The notes under the pieces are model-generated. The model had not been told where the DNA came from, did no database searches, and saw nothing but the letters and a program-made list of their open reading frames with translations. This document shows, piece by piece, positions 11,201 through 52,700 of a DNA stretch of 64,000 nt. The number at the start of each line of letters is the position of its first letter. Positions within the stretch are counted from its first letter, which is position 1. This DNA is from Flaccisagitta enflata (taxonomy: Eukaryota), in the NCBI GenBank assembly GCA_965153355.1, contig OZ231126.1, positions 9,920,001 through 9,984,000 of the forward strand, in the 5' to 3' direction. The position numbers were made by a program, and so were the translations under genes.

Positions 11201-14200
11201 TGTTTCGTTGATGTTGTGTCAATGTTGTTACGTTGATGTTGTGTCGTTGTTGTTGGGTCATTGCTGTTGTAGTGTCATTGTTGTTGTTTTGTTTGTTGTT
11301 TCATTGTTGTTTTGTCGTTGTTGTTTCGTTGTTGTTGTGTCGTTGTTGTTTTGTTGTTGTTGTTGTTTCATTGTTGTTGTTGTTTCGTTGTTGTTGTGTC
11401 GTTGTTGTTGTTGTTTCGTTGTTGTTTCGTTGTTGTTGTTGTGTTGTTGTTGTGTTGTTGTTGTGTTGTTGATATGTGTTGTTGTGCTTGTTGTGTTTTT
11501 CCTTGTTTTGTTGTGTTGTTTTTCCTTGTTTTGTTGTGTTGTTTTTCCGTGTTTTGTTGTTTTGTTTCGTTGTAGTTTTGTTTTGTTTTATTGTAGTTTT
11601 GTTTTGTTTTGTTTGTTTTATTTTGTTTTGTTGTAGTTTTGTTTTGTTGTGTTTTTGTTTTGTTGTGTTGTGGTGTTGTTGTTTTGTTGTGTCGTTTTGT
11701 TGTTGTTGTTGTGTTGTTGTTTTGTTGTGTTGTTGTGTTGTTGTTTTGTTGTGTTGTTGTGTTGTTGTGTTGTTGTTTTGTTGTGTTGCTGTATTGGTTG
11801 TTGTTGTTGTTGTTTTGTTGTGTTGTTGTATTGGTTGTTGTTTTGTTTTTGTTGTTGTTGGCGTTGACAGAATTGAAAGTAAACTTTGGGTCACGTGATC
11901 TAAATACTGCACAGTTTTCTTAAATGACATCAAAATGTCAAACATTCTCATTCATTTCGACCATTTCCATAAAAACATAAACCCTTTGCTCAACCTTCTG
12001 TACATTACAAAACAGGAAATTGGATCAATCGGAACAATCAATCAGTAACGTCCTATGGAGTATAGACTATATAAATAATCAAGCGCACATTTTCTTCATT
12101 AACTGGTTTTCTTCTTTTCAGTTTCAAGCTCATCCTCCTTTCCCACGTTTTCAAAGCTCACGCGTGACCTCACCTTGAAATTTAATGTGAGTTCGGAGAT
12201 GACAACCGTATTGTGAGCCAAAAACCGGTTCGTCGCAAACGAAGCAAGGAAACGGTCGGTAACGGAATCGGAATCGCTTCGATTGATCTTCCCGATCATC
12301 CTGATCTCGACTGCTCTCGTGGCCGCCGATGTGAGATCGCAAAGAGGATTTGAAGCCGAATGATTTGTGACACAACTCGCAAACGAACTTCTTCTCCGCT
12401 TGATTATGATGATGATTCCGCCAATGTTCTCTCAGAGTCGGTATCGAGTCCGATTGGTGATCGCATTTGCAGCACAGATACGGCACCATGTGAAGTTCCA
12501 TGTGGCGTCGAAGACCGAGCATATTGGGGCCTTGATACTCGCAAATGCCGCATTGGAAATTTTTATACAAACTTTTATATTTCAACGAATGGATGTCTTC
12601 CTCTTCGGGGATACGATTTTTCCTTCTCTCTCCGCAACATATGTGTCGTTTCACGTGGGCGTACAGCACTTGGCCCGGCATGAGTTCTCGGAAGCAAATG
12701 AAGCAAGGGATCCTACCACCCGCCGGTTTGTAAGGCCCGTGTTTTTGTAGGAAATGTTGCTGGAGTGAGGGCAGATCGGCGAATAAGAGACGTTGTCTGC
12801 CCCACTTGCCGTAAGTGCAGGTGCAGCTCGTGCACTTGCATTTCTTCGTCATGGATCCGGAACATGAGCAGATTCTACAAGGAAGATATTTGGGTGGGAA
12901 GTGAGTGACGGCGTGTTGTCGCATCGAAGGCAAATCATCGTAAACGGTTCTACATAACTGACATCGAAAAGGTTTTTGATGCGCGCGTTTGTGATATTTC
13001 ATCCATCTTCGAGTGTCGGAGTATTGAATGCCCATCGTCTTACACTCCTCGCACGTCTCGATTTCCACCATTCGTCGGCATTGAGGATTCTTCAGATGTT
13101 TCTCGATGTCGTTTCTGCCCGGCAGAGAGTTGAGAGGGTAACGATGCCGACACGTCCGGCAAATCCATCGGCTGCGGTTTTTCCGACAGTGTTGTTTGAA
13201 AAAGGCTAAATCGTCGGTTAGTCCTGTTAGTTCCAAGTAATCGTCGTCATTTTCCTGTTTCGCGTTTTTGGCTTTATAATCGTAGTTTTCACCATCATCA
13301 TCATCACCTTCCTCGGAGTCTCCACCTCCGTCATCATCTTCACCATCGTCCTCTGCTCGGTCTTGATTGTCCAATGTGAAGTCTTCATCCTTGTCATCGT
13401 CACTTGTCGGTGATTCGACATCCTCGAATAGATTAAAGTCTCCGTCGTCGTTTATGCGCTGTTCACGGCTGTCTAAGCTTGGTTCAGCGTTGGTTGATGA
13501 TTCCTCGGTGTTCGCTTTTTCGGTAGCCAGATTTGCCGCTGCCATTGCATCAGAGAGCTTAGTCGGACTCAGATCTTTTGCTGCGACCTCACCACGTCTC
13601 CCCTTTCGACTTCTGCTCTTTCTACTCTGCCCACTGTCTGATTTCTTATCAGTCTTTTTGGTATTGCCGCGAGAATTTCTTTTCGAACTTTTACTGTTAG
13701 ACCTTCTACGAGTTTTAGACTTGGAAGCTTTGGCTTTCGTTCCCTCAAATGCCCCGTCTTGAGCCAAAAGTACTTCATCACTATCTACGGGGGTCTCCGT
13801 AAGATCATAGTCATCATCATCCCCATCTTGCACATCGCCTACAAGCGGATGATTTGCTTCCAGGTCAGAGACGATTTCAGTTTTGATAAGATAGTCTTCA
13901 GTGCCATTTGGTCGTTCATTCCCATGATTATAATATCCCATCGGTTCCATCCTCACGTTTCCATCCGATTCAACCTTGATTTGTTGTTGTGGTTGTTCCT
14001 CTTCTTTCTCCATTTTCACCACGATCAAGTCATTGTCATCCTTAGTGTCCGTCGATGACATCGAATCAATTATGGTCGGCGCCATTCTGATCATTGAAGA
14101 GTGGTAGGGTGGAGGGAGGGGGGGGAGAGAGAGGGAAGGAGGAGAAATATCTTTTTAATTTATTAGGAAGGAAGTTACACCTTAGGGCAAAAACGTTTTT

Positions 14201-14705
14201 AGGTGCGCCGACGCACCTCTATTGTCTATAACCGGTCGTGTCTGTCCATTGGTTGGTCGATTGGTCTGTCCGTCATGCAAACGTTGGATGATCCACCCGG
14301 CGCACCTGTTGGCCTGCGTGGCCTTGTTTTCAGAAACCTTACTATCGAATTGTCGTCGATTAAGCATTTTATTTCAAAGCCAGAAACCAATTACCTCTTA
14401 CGCTTCGCGAGTCCCGACTTCTTTCCTAGACGGCCAATGTCATAAAGATCCACTTTCAGCTCCGGCACGCAAAAACTGGCGTTGAGAATTTGAAGAACGA
14501 GTTGGCAATCCTCCTCAACCAATGAGAGCATCTCGGATTGATCCTCGGACGAAACAGCCGAATCAGAAGCCACGGAATTGTTCCTTCTTTTAATTTTCTT
14601 CCTGTCATTCCGAGAAATGGCCTCTTGCAGAAACGGTTCTAACGCTTCCAGCGCACGTTCCAAAGGAATACGAAGAGCTTTCTGTAGTACTTTAGGATCC
14701 GCCAT
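8208..14705 (-). CDS. C2H2 zinc-finger + C-terminal TRF/telobox-like Myb domain protein, paralog B (3 exons, ~1040 aa)
   Basis: Exons 14395-14705, 12174-14086 and 8208-9106 join in frame at GT-AG boundaries (phases 2 and 1). The product is colinear with the intronless paralog at 14995-17544. Myb motif RKWTKVEDDFLREGVAEFGKGKWKEILEKY...SRDRFSVRLRYGYL. Confidence 0.88.
8250..8565 (-). repeat. Coding 69-bp tandem repeat (23 aa, SEPNVGIDTLNVMGASAETIGLS), ~4.5 copies
   Basis: Visible in DNA and protein downstream of the Myb domain of paralog B. Absent from paralog A, which stops at GKV. Confidence 0.85.
9128..9726. mobile_element. Helentron/DINE-like non-autonomous element, copy A, with internal 22-bp tandem array
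   Basis: Terminal hairpin AAGCTTCAAAATTACAG..CTGTAATTATTGAAGCTT. (GATGGCATACCTTGAAGTCCAT)n at ~9225-9474. A ~140-bp block at 9583-9726 is shared with 62113-62610. Same family as 61177-62853. Confidence 0.6.
9727..11860. repeat. ~2.1-kb compound (GTT/GTC/TGT) microsatellite-like tract in an intron
   Basis: Low-complexity T/G tract. The Val/Cys/Leu ORFs over it are artefacts. Confidence 0.95.
14196..14332. mobile_element. Short DINE-1/Helentron-like interspersed element in intron 1 of paralog B
   Basis: TTTTTAGGTGCGCCGACGCACCT hairpin, then a GTCY/GGTY microsatellite, ending CTTGTT. Same architecture as 46156-46384 and 49558-49764. Confidence 0.6.
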
Positions 14706-14994
14706 TGTTTATGGTTAATAGCAGTTTTTTTTTGTGTGTGTGTTTTTTTTTTTTTTTTTGAGCGTGTACTAGTGTTATTGTCCTCAACAACTGTCCACAT
14801 GTGAACGATTTTACAGGGATGATCTAAAAATATAAAATTCAAAACTTTCTGGAAAGTTAAATTAAAATAAATATCAAATAAGGAATTGAAATATAAATGA
14901 AGTTTGCTATCTAATACCGTGGAAGACATTGCAATGTAAGCACTCAGTTTCCAGTATTTCAAGACAAAGACATGTGTCAGATACGTGCAAAATT

Positions 14995-17544
14995 TTACAC
15001 TTTCCCCATTTTAGCCAAATAACCGTATCTCAGCCTGATGGAGAATCGATCCCGCGATTCGTGAAATCTGTCTTTGTACTTGTCTATGATCTCTTTCCAA
15101 CATCCTTTGCCAAATTCCGCGACTCCCGCGCGTAAATATTCGTCTTCCGTCAGCGTCCATTTCCGCAACACTCGAATCTTACCGGGAGTATCATCATTAT
15201 CCCCACTCTTCCTCTTAGCCCCGTGCAAAGCCAAATGTTTCTCGTATAAATCTTGATGATTGAATGATTTCCTGCACCCGGGATGCGTGCAAGGAAAGGT
15301 CTTTTTCATGAGCGATCCGCCTTCGCCTTTTTCGTGATGTCGTCCGATGTGAGCGCCGAGACTCTCTCGACTCCGCGTCGAGAACGTGCATTGATGGCAA
15401 TGAAAGAGTCGATGAGAAGACGCGACGTGTTCTTGTAAAGCGGCCAGCGTCTCGAAGGATAACGGACACCGTCGGCATATGTAACGACCCTGAAACCGGA
15501 TGTGAGTCCGTACGTGATGTCCGTATTGAAAGCCGAAGATCTGCTCGTCGCAAACGAAACATTGAAGCGGACGATAACGAAACTTGAGCTTTTTCTCGTC
15601 GAGTTTATCGTTGTTACGACTGTTTTCGTGTCCGAACAAATGATGTCGCAACGAAGATTTGAAATGAAAGGATTTATTGCAGAATTCGCAAATATGTGGT
15701 CGGTCCTCTCGATTTTCGCATCTTCTCCAATGTTCTCTCAAATCCTCGATCGTGTCGGAAGCGTGATCGCAGAAGCGGCAGAGATAAGGCGTCGTGTGCA
15801 AGTCCCGATGGCGTCTTAGCGCATATACGCTGGGGCCTTGATACTCGCACGATTTGCACGCGTAGCTCTTCGGCGATTGATCCCTTGGAAGATCAAAGTC
15901 CTGATCAAAATCTCCGTCGTCGTTGAAAAACCTGCGTCTTTTCACCTCGTCGCAATCCAAATGTCGTCTCAAATGAGCGTACAATCCCGCCCCCGAGTTC
16001 ATTTCTCGATAGCAGAGAAAGCAGGTGGTCTGTCCGGGCGTCGGTCGCCAAACTTGCCCGTGCTTTTCCATCATATGAACCTTTAACGAGTCCACATCCT
16101 TGAATAACAGACGTAGCTTATGCCCGACGCAGGTGCATTTTTTGCAAGGACATTTTCCGTATCTCGTGAGTTTGCAAGAGCAGATTCTGCACGGTAATTG
16201 GCTGCCGTGGAACTCGTAATGCGCTTCTCGCAGATGAAGACGGATTTGAGGCAGATCGTCGAAGGTGGCGGAACATTTCTTGCATTTGAAGGGCGTTTTA
16301 TGGGCGCGTTTGTGGTATCTCATCCATCGTTTCGTGTCTTTGTAATCAATGTCCATTTCCCGACAAATTTCGCAAGTTTCCATCTCGAGCATACTGCGGC
16401 ATTGGGGATGCCGCAGATGTTGCTGCACGGAGTCTTTGGAGGGCAGCGTCAAGTCGCCGCCATGGAGAGGGAATTTGTGCAGGCAAGTGCGGCAGATCCA
16501 ACGAGATTTTAACTTTTTAACGTGTTGACGAAGGAATGGCGCGTCTTCGCCGTCGCCGTATTCGTTAAGGGACGCTTCATCTTCAGTGGGTCTCTTTTTA
16601 GCGCCGTCATTGTCGTTTCCATTATGGTTACGGTCGTCGTCGTTATCTTCATCACTAGCATCTTTTGAGTTATCATAGTCGGGATCGTCATCGTTGTCAT
16701 CGTTGTCATCGTTGTCGTCATAGCCATTATCCTCAAAATCTCTAGATTCATCACCGGCTTCTTCATCGTTATCATCATCGACAAGATCAACGTAAACGCC
16801 TCCAGCATTGTCTGTTTCGTCAGTCAGAGTTGCTGTCATGTTCCGCTCATCATCGTTGACCGTGACTTGATCATAAAGGAGAAGATCTTCTTTTCCTTGT
16901 GCTTCTAACGGGTAATGGTCATCCTCATCAACCTTGGTTTTAATCAAGTCATCGAGCTCCTCATTCTTAACCTGAGAATTCTGCGCAACCCATTCATTGT
17001 CATCATCGTAATCATCCCCATTTCGATTTTCAATTGCCTCATATTTGATTTGAGATGGTTGTTGTTGTCCTTTTCGTCGTCGTTTTTTATGTGATTTTCG
17101 AAAACTGTTTTCTCCCCGCCGTTTCTCCACTTCTTGTCGTTCATTACAGATACGAGACAACAACCTGCTAGGAGCCCTATCATCCTCCTCGGCGACGTCA
17201 GAAGACGCACAATCACTCCCCAGATGTCCATCGAAAATGTTCGTGAGATTGACTCGCAGTTCCGGTAAGCAAAAACTTTCATTCAAAACGCGCAAAACTT
17301 GCTGGCAGTCATCCTCGATGCTAGCCAACGTCTCGAAATTGTCATCATCCTCGGATGTGGATGCCGATTGTTCCTTCTTCCTGCTCTTCGCCCCATCGCC
17401 TCCGTCGTTACGATTGGATGAAATCAATTCCATATAAGGCGAGAGACTGTGCAAGGCACTTCGCAAAGGTTCTTGCAACGTTCGTTGGAATTTCTCCAAG
17501 TCAAACATATGAACGCCGTTCACTGAAGGTGAAGTGCGCACCAT
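14995..17544 (-). CDS. C2H2 zinc-finger + C-terminal TRF/telobox-like Myb domain protein, paralog A (intronless, 849 aa)
   Basis: Single ORF with an acidic linker, atypical C2H2 fingers and C-terminal RKWTLTEDEYLRAGVAEFGKGCWKEIIDKYKDRFHESRDRFSIRLRYGYLAK. Confidence 0.9.
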   Translation of the reverse strand: MVRTSPSVNGVHMFDLEKFQRTLQEPLRSALHSLSPYMELISSNRNDGGDGAKSRKKEQSASTSEDDDNFETLASIEDDCQQVLRVLNESFCLPELRVNLTNIFDGHLGSDCASSDVAEEDDRAPSRLLSRICNERQEVEKRRGENSFRKSHKKRRRKGQQQPSQIKYEAIENRNGDDYDDDNEWVAQNSQVKNEELDDLIKTKVDEDDHYPLEAQGKEDLLLYDQVTVNDDERNMTATLTDETDNAGGVYVDLVDDDNDEEAGDESRDFEDNGYDDNDDNDDNDDDPDYDNSKDASDEDNDDDRNHNGNDNDGAKKRPTEDEASLNEYGDGEDAPFLRQHVKKLKSRWICRTCLHKFPLHGGDLTLPSKDSVQQHLRHPQCRSMLEMETCEICREMDIDYKDTKRWMRYHKRAHKTPFKCKKCSATFDDLPQIRLHLREAHYEFHGSQLPCRICSCKLTRYGKCPCKKCTCVGHKLRLLFKDVDSLKVHMMEKHGQVWRPTPGQTTCFLCYREMNSGAGLYAHLRRHLDCDEVKRRRFFNDDGDFDQDFDLPRDQSPKSYACKSCEYQGPSVYALRRHRDLHTTPYLCRFCDHASDTIEDLREHWRRCENREDRPHICEFCNKSFHFKSSLRHHLFGHENSRNNDKLDEKKLKFRYRPLQCFVCDEQIFGFQYGHHVRTHIRFQGRYICRRCPLSFETLAALQEHVASSHRLFHCHQCTFSTRSRESLGAHIGRHHEKGEGGSLMKKTFPCTHPGCRKSFNHQDLYEKHLALHGAKRKSGDNDDTPGKIRVLRKWTLTEDEYLRAGVAEFGKGCWKEIIDKYKDRFHESRDRFSIRLRYGYLAKMGKV

Positions 17545-17972
17545 GATTTCGGAGTTTTTTTCCTTTGCTTCAGAAACGAGTTTAAAAAGGTTGAGGTCGT
17601 TGAGGTCGAGGTTATTTTAGTTATTGGTTTTGTTTGTTTCAAAATACCGAATCCCTTTGTGTTCAATTTTGGAAACCACCCATTACGCGTAAGATTTTAC
17701 AGGGATGATCTAAAACGCAATAATTAGTAAACATCAACAAAATAATCAACAAACTTGAGAGTCTCAAAATTCAGCCTGTCTAATAACGCCTACAGACCAC
17801 CATTTTCTGACCTCCGTGAACCATCCCACCAAACATGAAGCGATAGCTTTCCCAAATTTTGCACACTCAAAGCCTTTGTCAAACGTTGCAAACACACCAT
17901 TTCAAGCCTACTTCATCATCATTCATGGACACATCACAGCGCAGTGGTGAGTTATTCATTTCCTATAATTGA

Positions 17973-49061
<31,089 letters not shown>

Positions 49062-49557
49062 CGCGGATCAACCAAATTCGGGACAAGCGTTATGATGAAT
49101 GAACTAATCAATACAGACGAGCCATCTATGTCTGAATGACTGTCACCAACATCTGGAACCCATCGCCATCGCACGTGAGCGATACAAGACCACGATGGCG
49201 GATAAACGGATCCTCACGGTCTCCGATATACGGATCACAGATCTGACCAATTGTCTTAGGTAAGAGTCCAAAGGGCGGAACCCCTAAAAATGATAATTGG
49301 ACGATAAAAACGACCAAACAAACAAGCAACAAGATTGTATAACAAAATTTAGGGGAATGAAACGATAATGCATTCGCAGATTGACAGGTTTTAAATGAAG
49401 AAAACATAATTCTTGGTGAAATGGTCGCCGAGGAAATCTGACGTCTTGAGCATTGTTGTCCTTTATGTCCTAAGATTTTGGCAAAATGACGTTAGGGTTT
49501 GTTAGGTTGTGACGTGACAAAAGCCAAGCGGAATATTTGCCGCTTGGCCACTTCTCA

Positions 49558-49764
49558 TTTTTAGTTGCGGACACGCAACTCTATAAGAGGCTTTGTCCGT
49601 CCGTCGGTCCGTCGGTTGGTCCGTCATGGTGATCGAGTTGAAAACGAGCGTTTTCAATATTTTTTGTGTATGTTTGAGTGTTGGACCTGGGTTGGGGTGT
49701 GGATAGTGGTTGGATACCCCTGCCCACCCGTCCGCAACGATATTGTGACCCCGCGTCACTTGTT
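49558..49764. mobile_element. DINE-1/Helentron-like short element between SMPD4 and NIT2
   Basis: TTTTTAGTTGCGGACACGCAACT hairpin, GTCC repeat, CCCCTGCCCACCCGTCCGCAACG, ending CACTTGTT. Confidence 0.6.
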
Positions 49765-49790
49765 GTCACCAGAGAGAAAAAATTCGAGTT

Positions 49791-52700
49791 TCAACAAGTC
49801 TTGATTCTCGGCTTGACAAGCGCCAAAATGACGGCGACAAAAACGGCGAAAATCGGCAGACAAAAGAGCAACGCCGTTCTGGAGACGCCGACCGCCGGTG
49901 CGAACAAAAGGGCGAACAATAGCCAACCCAAAGTTTGCTTATTGGCGAGAAAACGGAGAGAAACGCGAGGTTTGGACGAATGACGACCCAGGAAACGATG
50001 ACGAGGATTATTATTACGATGACGATGATTACGATGATTGGCGGATGATGATGATGTCGGGGAAAAGGAGGAATCGTTTTTGCCTCCTCCGCCGGTGGAA
50101 TGTTGATCTTCTTCTCCTTCGTCCGTCAGTCCGCTTCCGCAAGGCGACAGAAGAAACTGCCGGGCTACTCGGCCGACGACGTCTTGACGTTGGTAGACGG
50201 CTTCCATGACGACCCCGTATTTGTCGTTGAGAGCGGAAGAGAGTTTGTAAAGCAGACGAACGAAGAGCGCGATTTCCACGGACAAGATGGGATGGAGATC
50301 GGGATCCCCTTGAAAGCCCATCGAGGAAGAGTCGAAACGACGAAGGCCGTTGCTCAACTGCCATCGACCCAGATTCGTCAGAACGCCGTTGATGTTGTCT
50401 GGAGGAGAGGGGGAGGGAGGGGGGAGATGAGGAAGAGGGTGTATGAGGAAGGGGGGAATAAGGTGGAGGGAAGGGATCATAAGGAATTCGGGGGATTTGA
50501 TATGTGAGGGGGGGGAGACCTGACATGATATCTGTAGGTTAACACATAATTTTGGATGACGTGAAATCGGTTTTAAACATTACAAGCCCCGCAGACCCAC
50601 ACACCACCCCTGCTCATCCACAAGCGACCACTTTTAGACCCTGTTTCCGGCCCACATTCTTTACCAGGTGCGTTAGGTCCCAGCGTTTGCGCCGTCAATC
50701 TACTGTTTCCTCTGCCATCGGCGCAGATGGTTGACTGATCGGCGTTCGCGGAAGTGGCATTGACCGCTGCTGCCGCGGCGGAGGAGGAAGACGAAGAGGA
50801 GCTGTTGTTATTGGGAGCTTCCAAGTCGAAAAAGTCGACCAAATGATCCAAACTCTGCCGCAAATGGAAATCCATCCGATTCAAGTCCGCCAACGTCATG
50901 TCGTCAGCAAGCAAGTTGTCTGAAAACATGGAGAGAAAGTGAACAAAGTATTTTTTGAAATTGGATCAAGCTCTGAGGGCGTGTTTCTAGTGATGACCAA
51001 AAACGCGTTTGTTCCCATTGAACGCGCTTACGGCGTGAACACATAATTATTTTTTTACTGTCCCATGAGGGAAAGAGCGAAGCGAGTAAGCGAGCCCGTG
51101 AATGGAGCGAGTGAGCGGCGCAAGCAAACGAATGTAGCGAGCGATCGAGTGGCCCGTTAGAAACGCGATTATCTTCAACTAGAAACACCCTCTGAATCGA
51201 TGATGCGGGGTAGAAGAGAGAGATGTGGAAAGGGCAGGTTGGAGGCTGAATTAAAGGTCATGAGTTTTCAGTATCACGTTAGCTCTAGGCAGATCAAGAA
51301 CGATGAGTAGTTTCCAGTCATTAAGAACCGACGTACAAATGTGTTAATGTGAGTGATAATTTGATTTTTTCTTAATGAGGGGAAGTTCAATTATGAGTCA
51401 AATCGTGGAACAGGGTTGAAGTGGGGGTCGACCCAGGGGCATCCAAAGTTTGTATGTGCGTGAACTTCTCTAAAGGCTGACTGATGCCGGGAACAAGTTT
51501 TATCTCACCGCACTCTGTTGTTACGGAATACAGAATGAACACACTTTGGTAAAAATACCAAGTCCTGAAATGGTAAGATTGAACCTTTTTACAAATGTTG
51601 TTGGTAGTTCTTATACCAATTGACACTGGGATTGAAACGGATAATTGAAATCTATAGAAATGGTTAGCATGAATGCAGATGTATGACGTATTGTACCGGA
51701 ACTACAAGCCACTGGCTTTCCTTCACCGGTTAAATTGAAGTTGAAGTTGAAGTTGAAGTTAAAAATTAAAACCAACAATTAAATCAACGAAACTTTCACC
51801 CAAAAAGATGGAATAATGTTTCAAACCCTTTTTAGCCTTGGTCGCGGTGTTACCGTCTAATCGACGCGAACGGGTAAAGAAAGAAAGGAACACGTGAAAA
51901 GTCAGAAGATATGAGCATGGCATTAGTTATGTAGCTACCTTAGAAATCCAAAGAGACGGACACACCAAAATACCAAACAGACCAACATGGATTCATCAAG
52001 TTTCCAACATTGCACAGTGGCTAATATGGGGCCCCCATCAAGCATATCACTCCAACCTATCACCAAACACCCACATCCACCCTAATTCACCTACACAGCA
52101 CAGTGGCTAATTTGGGGACCCCATAAGACATATCGCTCCAACCTATCACCAAACACCCAAATCCAACCTTATTCACCTATACATGGTCAGCTTAAAGCCG
52201 ACTGACAACCTAAGTGACAGACCGTCCTACCCCACAATCTCACCAATGTTGAGTACCAAGGTTAAGTAAATCATCCAACCTACAAACTGGCTATCTCAAT
52301 CAGCAGCAGACCAACCAACCAACCAACCTCCGCCAGAGCTAAAAAGTCCGAACACGGCGGCGATGAATTTGAGTATAACGTTTCCGTCTTCATCCTGTGC
52401 TTTGGCGGGTTGCTTCGGCATCAATGATTTCGTTGTGCCCAAAGCCTGGACAATCACTTGCAGCAGCTGCTCCACGCTTCCGCGAGTCTCTAATCCAAGA
52501 AGAGGCTGTATAGATGGATTCATGGATGGATTAATGAATGTATGAATGAATGAATGAGTGAAAGATCTTCTGAAGCAGTCGCTCCACAATTATTCAATCC
52601 TATCAGAGGCTGAACAAATAGATGGATTAGGGGAAGGATGAATGGATGGATGGATGAAGAGATTAAGGGAAGATTGAATGAATGAATGAATGAATGGATG

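Noticed and set aside
9457-11951. Long Cys/Val/Leu-rich and Thr/Gln-rich ORFs
   Set aside because: Translations of a GTT-type microsatellite inside an intron.
52010-52185. Two ~86-bp direct repeats
   Set aside because: Ordinary local intronic duplication with no further structure.
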